DNA of 64,000 nucleotides, taken from assembly GCA_040954595.2 (NCBI GenBank), contig CM082598.2:9315097-9379096 (forward strand), read 5' to 3'. Made by a program: the position numbers and the translations under genes. The notes below the pieces were generated by a model, which saw only the letters and a list, made by a program, of their open reading frames with translations, was not told where the DNA came from and did not search any database. Source of the DNA: Balanoglossus misakiensis (Eukaryota; Animalia; Hemichordata). Shown piece after piece: positions 13,372-25,866 of the stretch (within the stretch, counting starts at the first letter, position 1; every line of letters starts with the position of its first letter).

Positions 13372-13559
13372 ACCGATCTCTACCAATTATTCATTTTGGC
13401 GAGATTTTTACTCTCATATCCTATAAGCGGGATGGAAGTTGTTGTCTGGTCGAACGTTGATTCACTATATATCCACATGTAGAATAACATAAACGATGTC
13501 GTGTATCAAACATATTTAATGGAAACAGGGCAGAGAGAGAGAGAGACTGTCCCTTTAAA
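13372..13559 (-). mobile_element. Family C half copy
   Basis: Ends gagagagactgtccct|ttaa; matches the family C arm. Confidence 0.8.
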
Positions 13560-14996
13560 GTATTATCATGCTTTTAATGAAAATACTGTGTTACCCATTG
13601 TTTTGTGTGTACTCCATATTTCAATCCTCACAGTTTGAACCAGTGGAAGAGACCAACTACCCTGACATATCTGAACTTTTGATAACTCAGTTGTAAAAAT
13701 GACATTTTTGTTGCAAATGGTGACTAAAATTGGGTGTATCGTTTTGACTTCTTAAACGCTGTTTGCCATGCCTGATACTTGGCAATTTATTTCCAGCTGT
13801 ATATCCACAGTGTATAAATGCAACAGTTCCTGTGCCCTATGATGTAGTCGGGTCTCAATGAATATTTTTCCATACATGGGAGGCAAGCGTACGTCCATCA
13901 GTGAGTGAAGCGCCCTCAGGTGTCTACATGTAGGCGTTTCGTTTATGCTATACAATGTTTTTTTTCAAATGTAACTATAGGTGGCGCTCTAAAATGTCAG
14001 CTTGTTAGGTAGGGAACTGCCCGGAAGTAGTGTGGTTCTCACATACCATGGCCTAATGTAAAATTTCGAGAAAAAGCTGTCCGTATAATTGCTTGCACGC
14101 AAGTGCCCTCATGAAGTACTGTTTAATTTTGTTCCATTTGAAGTTAAGCACATTATTGTACATGTAACTATATCACTTCATCCAATCATCAAAACTGTCA
14201 CAACAAACTCTTTGCAGCATACAGACAACATGTTAATGTGGTCAGCCTATACTCCCATAAAATGGTCATTCTGCCTTGTAATCCATATCCCCATATCTCT
14301 GTCTTGCCAGCTGCAATTGTTGGTCCAAACAGGAACTCTGTCCCTTTCTATTGACCACTCAAGAAACAACCATTCTGTCTCCAAATTTGACCTTAGAAAA
14401 AATCCAGCATATCATCTGTATATATCCATTCACTACCAAGCAATTCATTTTGACAAACCACTCAAACCCAAGGATATCAAAGTACCAATTAATCAGTGGG
14501 GACTGTCATTTCTGGTGACTTGTATGTAATTTTTAAAAGCTTTGAGTCACTGAGGATTTCTAAAAAAATTCAGTCCTATATACCTTAACATGTATTGTGC
14601 ATACTTTTCTTGAGTCATTGAAGTGAGTTTGTTGAGTCAGTGGCATGTCATATGGGCTTAGAGGCCACACTGCTTGTATGTACATCATGCAGATTGGTTT
14701 TATAACTACCACCTGTTGGTTTTGTAGGTCTACCTGTGGGAAAAGTTGGGCATGTAAAGAATGAACTCACAATAGATGGATGGCAAAGAAAAGGAATTGA
14801 TGGGGTGTAGTGTTTGGCTGTCAAGCTGTGATGAGCTGTAGTCAAGTCATAGAATAGACTGTTCATAAATAATACACTAGACGCTACCCATGTCCTTATA
14901 TTCAGTACATGGTCGGCTATTGCTGTATTCAATAGTGAAATCAAGTAAAGGTCAAATTTGGACAATGGTGACCGTTACTAGGTGGAGATTAGTCTT

Positions 14997-15137
14997 TACC
15001 ATTCTTGGTTTGAAGCATAATACACCCAAAATTTTCAAGACTACCATTCTTGGTTTGAAGCACAATACCGTACACCCAAAAGTTTCAAGACTACCCATTC
15101 TTGGTTTGAAGCATAATACACCCAAAATTTTCAAGAC
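14997..15137. repeat. Tandem repeat, 3 x ~45-50 bp
   Basis: Unit taccattcttggtttgaagcataatacacccaaaattttcaagac. Confidence 0.9.
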
Positions 15138-15871
15138 AACAGTGTAGTACATGTACTGGTGTATTTTAATTCATATCTAGACAATTTCAGTTGTTGGCAT
15201 GTTAATACCATGTTTCCTATACATGAAGTTGTCTTACTTCAATCAAGCAGTGCGGTGATTACTTTTGTTAGTTACAATGTAGTACAAACACAAAGTAAAG
15301 ACCACACAGAAATCCACACTCTTTTGAGCATAATCATCCATGTATTTTGGGCATCAGAGCTACCACAGTATTTATCATGACAATGTTGTAAAAACAATGG
15401 AATGATGCATGGGATTTAAGGCGTGTGTAATACCAGTTATAGATTGTTTTTTTTGTTTTTTGTTTTTTTTAATTCCATTCATTTAATCTTACATGTATCA
15501 TATAGATATAACGTGTTTTGATAAAATAATAATACATGTAATAATAATAATATATAAAAAGACATTCACCAAGTACAGTTGTTTAACAAAATATTTACAT
15601 CTCAGATGGAAGCAAGGATTTTCTTCCAATAATGGGTGAAATCTGAATTATTATTCCTTTTGAGTATTTGGTGCATAAATTGTAGATATCTGTAAAATAT
15701 ATATCGAAATTGGTGTTTGCTCTAATGCTGTTAATATCATGTTGTAAGTGGACCCATGAAGCGAATACACAATACTTTGCAATAGTAATGACAATGTTTA
15801 CAAATCTATAAAGAGGATGACTTGACAGTTTTGTAACCAAGAATAACAGTTTCTAAGTTGACCTCCCCTAA

Positions 15872-17274
15872 GGGAGCCGTCATTATTTACGGCCTGGGGG
15901 GGGGGGGGGGTCGGAGGAATTACACTAGAAACTCCAAAATTTTGAGAAACCCCCCCTGCCAAGCATGAAGATTTTGAGAACCCCCCCCCTTCCAACACAG
16001 AAATTTCGACTGCCCCCCCCTAAAACCGGAACAACTACATATCAATACATGTATCTGTATTGAACACCTATTGCCTGGCCATGAAAGCCAAAGCGGCCGT
16101 TTATTACACCCGAGGGGCTGTGAGTTACCAGGATCATATGCTATTTCCCAAGGCCTCAGGGAAATAGCATATGATTCTGGTAACTCACAGTCACGAGGGG
16201 GTAAAAACGGCTGCTATGGCCCGAATATAGGCCAGGCCATAGGTGTTTTATAATAAACCTCATGCTAACAGCTAGGAAAATCTTGCAATTTTCTCTTGAG
16301 GTTGGCAGACGACATCTTCAGCGGTGGCCATTGTGTCAGACAACGCGACGCTGATTGACGTGACCGAGTCTGCGCACTCACGCTGGTCACGTGACCGGTT
16401 TATATTTTTTCTGCTATTTCCCTAGTGGTTCATAGTCGATTCTATTTTCCTATCACGTGACGGATTCTGGCGAATCACGGCACAGTATTAGCATAATATA
16501 TTATAATGGGGACTCGGGAAATAGCATATGATTCTGGTAACTCACAGCCCCTCGGGTGTAATAAACGGCCGCTATGGCCCTCATGGCCAGGCAATAGGTG
16601 TTCACTATTACAGTAGTGTAGTAAAAGACCTTTCAACTCCAGGTTCACCCTGCTACATTGTAGGTGATCATCAGTTGCATCATGATGGATTGAAAAGGGT
16701 GAAACAACAACTAAATAATGATTACCGTAAAAGCTCACCATAACCAGTAACCATCAAGTAGCATTGTGTAATTTGGACAGGCATCGTTAAAAGTCAAAAT
16801 GATTATCAAACTTTGTTGGTGAAAATATATTTCTGTGAATTAACAACAGTTCAGGTAGTTCAGTTCTATGTGCTAATATAGGTATCTGCTGGGAGCATTC
16901 CGCCATGATCCGACTGTCCTTCCCCCTCTTGTAACAACTGTTGGAAATGACTGTACAGGTACTATATCGTCACCACTGTCATCTTCAATTTATCAGCAAA
17001 TTTTGGGAAAAATACTTTGACAGTGCAGTGTGGACACTCTGGTGTTCCGCGACCTCCGGTCGCTGAGCGCTGCAGCACTTGCACAGCACACAACTAAATC
17101 TTTCAGTTGAAAAACTTTGATACATTTCCCAAAAATGAGTGACCCCCCCTCTTCATCTACAATTTTTGAGAACCCCCCCCCTGCAGCCTTCCAATTTTTG
17201 AGAAACCCCCCCCCCCTTGATTCCTCCGACCCCCCCCCCCCCCCCCCCCCAGGCCATAAATAATGACGGCTCCG
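15872..17274. mobile_element. PIF/Harbinger-like MITE with nested hairpin element
   Basis: TIR gggagccgtcattatttacggcctgggg / ccccaggccataaataatgacggctccg; TSD taa on both sides. Confidence 0.85.
16061..16604. mobile_element. Hairpin-terminated non-autonomous element without clear TSD
   Basis: About 90-bp inverted termini (tgaacacctattgcctggccatga...). The left end itself folds into a ~180-bp imperfect hairpin followed by ttataata. Confidence 0.7.
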
Positions 17275-18760
17275 TAAGACCCCTGGAACGAAGTTCTGTA
17301 ACTAAAGGTTCAAAAGCGCCTTATCTTAAAAGCACCCCAGAAATGCCCTACAGATGTAACATAGCTAATAAATTACAATTCCAACGAGAATGAGAGCCTA
17401 CAGGGGCTTTGAATCTCTATGTACAGTCTGAGTCTGCATTTAATGTTATAAATTTGACAAAGTTAATGGTGCATTAAAAGAAGAGTCAGTGAGCTGCCTT
17501 AGGGATGTTACAAGTGATTCACAAATAATTCAGGTGACAATAATTGTAAATACAGAAGATATTATTAAAAGGTAGTTTGTGTTGGGAGTCATGTCTATTA
17601 CGGGGAATATCGCGACAAAGTAGTATTTTTCGTATTGTGCTTGTGCGTCTTGAAAGAAGTCAGTTAAGCCATGTTCTCTTTTACCCTGTCACCACCATGG
17701 TTCAGTCCAAACCCATTGTTTTCTATGGTGGTAAGTTTGGACCTCTGAAGAGGGAACTGGGGATGAAAGGGTTAACCCAACTGATTAAACAGTGTGGAAA
17801 CTGTCAATTGCATTAAATTAAAGTAGTACATAACAGAAATGATGTGAGTCATGGAAGTATTTGCCATATTGTGCAGAGTGTAAGTTGAGTTGTCATCATT
17901 AAGGTATTCACAACATTTGGGAATTTGTGTCAGAGTACATCGGACTCTTGCCTTTGGCAATACTTCTTCTGTATGATGTATTTAAAGAGAATGGGTCATC
18001 GCAAACCCCACTGCAGTCACTACTAGGATCATCTTCAGTTGCTCTCATGCCCAGTCTACGCTACAATTGGCTGCTTCGTTCTTTCTAAGAATGATCTAAT
18101 TTCAGGGATTTGTGGATGAATTGTAATGTTTATAAACAAACAAACGCGGCGCGACGACCCCCTCACTTTAACAAAATTCTTTTATTTCATGAATAACACA
18201 GTTTAAGGCCTTCATCACTGAAAAGGCAAAGAAATGAACATTTTCACTGAATACATGGAGCACAGACTGCAAATTTATGGAATACTACACAATATCAATG
18301 GGAAATAGCTTCACTTAAGTTCATTTGCATAGAAGATTGCCTTTGACCTTTTTATCTGTTGGCATCTTACATGTTGATTGTAAGTTTTCAATAAGATTGA
18401 TATTCCTATCTTGAGGAATGCCTTCAGTGTATTCATTTTGACTTTAACTTTGGGTAGCACGTGTACATAGCTGAGATTTGCATGTGTGTCTCATCTGGGC
18501 ACAAAACTGTTTATTAGGAAACAAGGGAATCAAAGGATTAGCTGAGCTTGACCACATATGCCCCTTTAATAATTAAAGGGATAAAGTCTGTCTCTCTCTC
18601 TCGCTGCCCTTTTCCATTAGTTATGTTTGATACAAGACACCGTTTATGTTAATATGTACCGGTATGTTTACATGTATATGTAATGAATGAACGTTCAACC
18701 ACACACAACTTCCATCCCGCTTGTATTATATGAGAGTAAATATCTCCCCAAGATGAATAA

Positions 18761-19748
18761 GGCTGCATTCACAAACACCTCTGGAGGGGGGGGGGGCGGG
18801 AGAATTCAATTTTTTTTACCGCTAATTTTCACATGCCCCCCTTCCGAACTGCCAATATTTTCAAATCCCCCCCTTCCGAACTGCCAAAATTTTGAAATCC
18901 CCCCCCCATTTTCTTTCACAGAGCAAAACACATCACCTATCTATCTTGTAAAAAGAAAAACAGCGCTCCCATGAAAAGAATTTGAAACTGATGTTTCCCC
19001 TCATCAGTGGGTATTAAAACTGAACATTGTTTTTATTTTTTAAGTACATATATTTGTATTCTGTGTTGGGAGACATTGTAAACCGAGAATTGAAGGGGGT
19101 GGGTTTGGGAGGGGGTGCCCCCCTCCCACATAAGAAAATTTTCTAAAATACAGAGCTCAAAGCTGCATTTTAATGAACCCGGCAAACGCAAATTAACTCA
19201 ACTACCGGTATGTTGGGGAGGACAAATTTAACCGTCACCGCTCAAAGTTATCATGGGGTGGGGCAAGTCCCCTGACCTGGGACACTAGATAAACCAGTCA
19301 ATGATTGAAAGGTGTTGATGAATGGAGGGGGTGGGTGTGGGAGGGGGTGTCCCCCTCCCACATTAGAAAATTTTGTAAAATAAAGGGCGCGAAACTGCAT
19401 TTTGTGGATTCAAAATAAATATTTCGTCGTTAAAGTTTTCAAGTCCCCCCCTTTCAGTCCCTAAATTATTTCAAATCCCCCCCCTTACATACCAGTGTTT
19501 TTGCTAAGGTTGGGGAACATTGGTAATGGATTTGGGAACGCCGGTAACATTCCTATAACCCCCTAATATAACTACATTGATACACCCAGGGGAACCCCGG
19601 TAAAATGACTGGGGAACTCCGGTAGATTTTACCTAGGTACCACCCTTAACAAAAACACTGCATACCCTCAATTTTTTCAAATCCCCCCCCCCCTCAATTC
19701 TCCTGCCCCCCCCCCCCCCCCCCTCCAGAGGTGTTTGTGAATGCAGCC
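18761..19748 (+). mobile_element. PIF/Harbinger-like MITE family A, complete
   Basis: Same TIRs as 2570-3380; TSD taa (18758-18760, 19749-19751). Confidence 0.9.
19493..19660. mobile_element. 168-bp MITE with CAG termini and 5-bp TSD (hAT5-like)
   Basis: TIR cagtgtttttgctaagg / ccttaacaaaaacactg; TSD catac. The empty site is visible in family A copies at ~1121 and ~3303. Confidence 0.85.
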
Positions 19749-20799
19749 TAAACGGTGTGGACCGATTATTCATTTTGGTGAAAGAGAGACTTTGCCCCTT
19801 TAATGATCAGAACTGTCACTGATGTATGCTATGATTTCACCTTTAGGGTAAAAAAAATCAAATGGTACTTGCATGGGTACACAGGTTATTAAAATCAACA
19901 GGTGTGTTAAGTTCAATAGTGCACAACAGATCAGTGTGTATACTAAATACTAAGGGGGGGGGGGGACTCTGAGGTAAACAAATCAGATTTTTGCATGTAT
20001 GTTTCCTAGGACCTGTCACCTTGGTTTAATAAAACAAATTCAAGAGAGGAAAAATATGTTGTAAAAAAATGTGATATTTGCATAATTGTGTTATCGGGGA
20101 AACTTTTGCAATTTTTGTCAAAAATTGTTTTCACTGAAACCGCTTGTCATATTGCTTGAACTTTGGCAGGCATGTTCCTTGTAGTGATTGAAGTAAGATA
20201 TTGTACAATTTTGGTGATATTTGCATATTTGTGTTTTTGCCACTTTTGAACAAATATATTCTGTGAAACTGCTTGTTGGATTGAAATTTGTTTTTTCTCT
20301 GATTGCTTTGAAATTTAGGATATAATTTAATAACACATACATGTACATGTGTGCAACTTTTATTCAATTCTGATATCAGAAATATTCAATATTTAGTGAG
20401 GTTTTGTAAGTTTCTTTGTTTTTGGTTAGAAAATCTTCTAAACCAATTGTCCAGTTGTTTTTAAAGTTACTATTTACAAGGAGTTGTTACCCCGAACTAA
20501 GACATGTTTACATAACTTTAATAGGCCAGCTGTTACAGGGACCACCAGCTATTAAATATTTAATTACCAGTGCCAGGTCTGTCTGTGTGTGTCTGTCTGT
20601 CTGTTCCAGGGCTGACTGAAAGAAGTTGCTTCTCATATGTGTTTGTACAGACAATTTTTGGTCAAAAATAAATTTTTCTAGCACCACTTGTAAGACTGCC
20701 ACGACACATGACAGCTTATTGGGCATGTTCCTTGTTTGTTTTTTTACATTCCATATTTGTATGTGATTAGATCATATCTGCTTGCAATGTCACCTGTAA

Positions 20800-21105
20800 T
20801 TTTTATTCTGGTGTATCCCTATTTCTGCGTAATCCTCCAATGGGACCACAGTGTCCTTGACGCTATTTTTCACTTTCACTTATCACGCAGCAGCGTAGCG
20901 TCGATCTCGAGATGCGGAAGTGACGTAAGAGACTACGCTAAGCTAGTCACCAGTAGCAGACGCCTTGCAAGTGGGAGCAAAAACAGAGTTGGCAAAAGCA
21001 CGGGAAAAGGTTTTATAAAAGTTCCCGACCCTTCGGTCTGACAGTCAAAATCTAGCTGAGAAATAGTTGTCAAACATTGGCATATCTTGTTCTGTTGTCG
21101 AATTT
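20800..21105 (+). repeat. Dispersed repeat fragment, shared with 30404-30480
   Basis: Shared tgcgtaatc...aatgggaccac.gtgtccttgacgc.atttt segment. Confidence 0.55.
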
Positions 21106-21109
21106 GAAA

Positions 21110-21962
21110 CAATTCACTTCGTACGAATTTGAGTCCTATCTCAAATCTCTTGGTGTTAAGCACAACTTAACAGCTCTATACAACCCACAAAGTAACGGCG
21201 GCGTAGATCGTCTGAATGCAACCATCAAAGAAGGTTTGAAGACAAGGGAAACCGTTCGCTAAGGGTATCTGTACAATATGGCAGAACTATCGAGCAACAC
21301 CGCACGCGCTTACTCAGAAATCACCAGCTGAACTCATGATAAACCACCAGCTCCGTTTATCACTGGATCAGCTGAAACCACCCACAGATGTTCAGACACA
21401 GAAGAGCACTGATCTGAAATCACAGATTCAGCAACGTCAAGAAAAGATCAAGACGTATACTGATGAGAAACGACATGCAAAATCAACCACTCTGAAAGTT
21501 GGTGACTACGTGAGAATTAAGCGACCCAACCGCAGTCACAAATTATCAGCTTCGCTATCTCAACCTCACCGTATTGTCAGACAACTAGGGACGTCAACAT
21601 TCAAACTGGATGATGGAACAAAATGGAATATCCGACGATTAGCACGTTCTTATCATCGTTCGACATTTACCGCAGCGTATGATGAGAGACATGATCACCT
21701 GATGATACAACCAGAGCATCCGCCAGGATAAGCAGCTATGTCAGAGCAACCTCCAGGACGACCTAGACGTACCGTCCGTCTGCCAGCCTATTTGAATGAC
21801 TATGATCTCTCTTGATATGGACATAGACATGTTTGAGTTTTGAACTGGCTAGGACACTTGCTTTGACGCAGAGTTTGCAAATTTTTTATGTTTATGAAGT
21901 TCTTGTTTATTCGTGTTCATGACAGTCGTTTTGAAATGCGTATCATGCTGGAGGAGGGAATA
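21110..21962 (+). pseudogene. Ty3/Gypsy integrase 3' remnant (core end plus C-terminal domain), 3' UTR and PPT
   Basis: QFTSYEFESYLKSLGVKHNLTALYNPQSNGGVDRLNATIK, then YRATPHALTQKSPAELM and LKVGDYVRIK; frameshifted. PPT ggaggagggaa at 21950-21960. Confidence 0.9.
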
Positions 21963-22137
21963 TGTTGTGTTTGGACATTTCGTTAAACACATAAGTAACT
22001 TTGCATGACTGTTTTCCCATGATGCTTAAGCGAGAACTAGTTTGTATTTTTTGTAGTGAGTTGACTCGTGTGCTAGACGCATTAAAAGTTGTTCTCTGAA
22101 TATAGCTTGTTGTCCGCCTCTGACGAACCCGACACCA
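21963..22137 (+). mobile_element. 3' LTR of the Gypsy remnant
   Basis: TG...CA bounded, 2 nt after the PPT, with attaaa polyA-like signal at 22081. Confidence 0.75.
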
Positions 22138-22374
22138 GATTAACCTATTTTACATTGTGTGTGTGTGGGGGGGGGGGTGTAATTAGCTACCGGGGGAGGG
22201 GGGGCAGCTACTAGTTGTGTCTAACAACTACAGGAGGGGACTAATTTTGCATGACATCTACCTCGGGACAACCATTTTGTTTGCACATCAACCACTGAGC
22301 CAGAGCAAATTTTGTGTGACCTGCGGGATAGAAAGCTGATAATATTCTGTCGGTTCCAATCTAATTTAAGTTAA

Positions 22375-22721
22375 AGCCCCTATAGCTGCCAAATTTCACA
22401 TATTTCTTCCACAAGAAAATACTTCAAATATATTCCATATCCTCTAAAATCCTCACCATTAAGCCATATTATTTGCATCAGTTTGTCATCTCTTGGTGAC
22501 ACATACCACAATAGCTTCGTACTGTTTGTATGGAGGCTGATTTAATCGGTGCGGCACCATTTTAATACATAGCATTGTTCAAATTGCAACATGCAGTCAC
22601 AATTGGGCATGGATAAGGTGTTCGTGTACCGGTATACCTCAGTAAGCTTATTTAGATGTACTAATTTAAGTTGGAAAATAACGTCATGAAAATTATGCAA
22701 AAAGTGGCAGCTCTAGAGGCT
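22375..22721. mobile_element. Kolobok-like MITE family D, complete
   Basis: TTAA|agcccctatagctgcca...tggcagctctagaggct|TTAA. Confidence 0.82.
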
Positions 22722-25655
22722 TTAAGAGTGAAGCAAGTCCAATTTCTGTTAACTTAGTGATTATTCAGAGTGACTGTGTTTATATGTTGTAATTAGAAGA
22801 CCAACAAACAAAAGCCGTTATTGTGAACACTTTCATTTTGTCAATGTGCTGTATTTGAATATGAATCTATGCGTGTCAGTGCATACTTTGTGTTTGTGTG
22901 GGAAAGGACAGTGAAAAGCATACAGGGTTATGCAATATAGAAGGCAGTGGTTGGTGTGGTCTAAATCTTTAATAGGCAGATAGTGTTGAATCCACATTGT
23001 CAATATCAGTACACAATTATTTGATAAAATGCAGTTTGTTTAAAGTACAATCGATGAAATTAGTCTTTTTTGAACATCCAGATTAGGGCTATAAAATAAC
23101 TGTTGTAGCCAGCAAAAACAAGGAAAAGATGATGGTGTAAGTTACCATGGAAAATAATTATAACTGCATTATTTTACAATTTTGCAATTATAAAATTTAA
23201 ATTGGTCATGCATTGTACATTCCAAAAAGAATGTAATGTAGTTTTGTTTTTCACCTCGTTGTTGTTTAAAATTTAGTATCCATCTAAATGATCTTAGTCT
23301 TTTATAATAACTTTGAAATATGCAAGCTTTTTGGTGGAGGACTTCAAATGAAACAAACAGAGGCATTTGATGATTATGCGATGTTAGCCTTTCATCTATT
23401 ATCACACATACAAAATATGCTGATGTCAGTGAAGATTTTGGTTCAAGCAGACAGTTCAGGACAAGAATTTTGCTTGTGAGTGCTTAAAAATGCCAAGCAG
23501 AGTATTAAGTCGAGTTTACACTGTGTGTCTCTATAGAGTTCATTTGTCTGTCTTGTGTGTGTGTGTGCATGTGTGTGTGTGGGTTAATGCCAACACAGGT
23601 GATTCACAGCACAGGTGTATTGAGTGGACTTTAGTCTGTGCTTGTCATCATAAATACTTGAGTTAAAAAGACAACTATGTACCTTCCAGGGTACTGCTTG
23701 TCTGAGTAGGACATTATCACTACCCCAGCAAAATCAAATGAATTTCATACCTATAGTCTCATTACATATATATTAACTGAATTCCTCAACCGAGCTGTGA
23801 AGGACACGACCAAAATGACTTGTTTCCATGCTCAAAACAACACACAATATTGTGAGTGTGGAAGTCAGTCTTAATTTTCTGATTTTTCAAGTTTTGCATG
23901 TACACACAGTTTGCTTGAAAAGAGGTTAAACTTCTGAGAAAAATTAAGAGGTTGAACAAAAATATTCTGTAAAGTGTGCTTTTTCTATTGATAGTCTAAC
24001 AATAGTTCGACCTACATTTTGTCCTCAACAACCCATGCATAGTGTATCATTGTAAGATTACAAGTAAATCAAAACCCCTGGATGGTCATTGTACAAAAAC
24101 TCTGCTAGCAACTTCCCACGCTAGAGCTCACATACTTATTTGCATAGTATTTGCATAAAGCTATATGTATTGCTTAGCAACCAGGCAACCAATGCAATGT
24201 CAGGGTTCTCGTCAGGTCAAAATAAGATCCCTGCTCAGTGCACACAACACTGGTGAGAAAATTAAAGTTTATAACTTTATTTTTTTTTACTATTTCTACA
24301 TCAACCTTATTTAGCAATTTTTTAAATTCAAAGTGTATGCTTGGCCTTTGTAAAAAGTCATCATGAATTTTGTAAGAATTTTGTGTTGTACATTTTTGGT
24401 TGGTAGATCAAAACACTAAATTTCTGCATTTGCATTGAAATTGGGACTGCACTGCAAGTTTTTGTCATTTTTGATGAATGATAATTTTTTATTTCCCACA
24501 ATTTAAAAAAAGCTAGCATGCAAGAAATTACCTGTAGTCAGTCAACATTTGTAGTTACATTATAGCCTTAATATTTAACACCAACCAAATGTCATAAATT
24601 CAGTTCAAAGCAAACTCCCATCAAATTCAATTTGTATTTATCAATATTACAACCACCATTTTGGCACCAAGTCAATTTTAGAATTTTGGCACGCGACTGG
24701 CACGCAAGCGCTTTTGGCACTGAGTCAATTATCGAATTTTGGCACGCGACTGGCACGCGACAACGCCTTATTTGGAATATGGCGTGTGGTCACGATTGGT
24801 ACAAGTATCATACACAAATATTCAATCATTTTGTTACAATGTGAACCAGTTAAAATGCTTATAAATTGTTGTTGGAGGGGAATTTTTAATTAGTCACTTT
24901 GATAGAAAAATGTGCATGAAACTGATCAAACGATTAAAAAAGTATGCACAAATAAAAATCATAAAGATATACACTGGGGTACATGTCAAGTAGTATTGCA
25001 TGGAGGAAATCGAATTAATAAAATGGAGATGATTTTGAGTAGAAGTACAAGATCAATAAAATTTATCAGTAAGTATAGTAGTAAGTACATATGAAGTCAA
25101 CATGCCTTGATTTTCTCCAGCAAAGTGACCAGAAAATGAACAAGTCTAAATTCAACCTGCATAAGATTATATTTAACAAGATAATAAGAAAAATCTGACT
25201 TACAGATCTGAAATTGGACGGAGTTATTTGGAGGGCTGCTGGACGGTGTGGACGGTCTCTGGATGTTGTTGTGTGGCCAGGCTATGGTATGTCAGCTATG
25301 GACAAGCAGGGCCTTTTTTACAAGCCCTGTGTGTGTATACTAGAGGCTGCCGGGTACTTGAAATCTCGCAGGTAACACGGGGTTGAGTGGCAGCTATGCA
25401 GTCACCTGGTGTCAATGCACAGTGCAGTTGATAATAGAAGGTGGAGACTCGCTGGCCTAGAGCAGTAACTGAGTACTTTTGTGTACTTATGCACCTTAAA
25501 ACAACAATGGGTCTGACATGTGATAATCATTCAGGCAAAGATGTGTCTAAACATGCTGTGAATTTACTTTGCTTCAACATACAGTTGCACTAGAAATTAC
25601 GATTTATGTTGTTTATTTCCACCTTTGACATAAAATTAGCAGTGGGAGCTTTTAA

Positions 25656-25866
25656 AGGGACAAAGTCTCTCTCTCGCTGCCCCTTTTACCATTAATTATG
25701 TTTGATACAAGACACCATTTATGATTTTCTGCATGTGGAATATATAATGAGTCAACGTTCGACCACACACAACTTAATCCATCCCACTTGTAGACACGAA
25801 AGTGAAAAACTCACCAAAATGTATATAAATCGGTCTCTACCATTTATTCCTTTTGCAAGATTTTTA
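25656..25866 (+). mobile_element. Family C half copy
   Basis: TTAA|agggacaaagtctctctctcgctgcc. Confidence 0.8.

Larger units (their letters stand above)
15480..17345 (-). mobile_element. 3' remnant of an L1/Tx1-type LINE ORF2, split by the MITE at 15872-17274
   Basis: Minus-strand frames give HFW...EVNLETVILGY...VNIVITIAKYCVFASW, the pattern following the zf-RVT in L1/Tx1 ORF2. Frameshifted. Confidence 0.55.
18577..19799 (+). mobile_element. Family C copy (TTAA-flanked) split by a family A insertion
   Basis: TTAA|agggataaagtc... and ...gactttgcccct|TTAA. The atgaataaacggt motif is interrupted at its taa. Confidence 0.8.

Noticed and set aside
14648-14965. 'AIADHV' resembling the Penelope GIY-YIG region
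   Set aside because: A single short motif with no supporting flanking residues.
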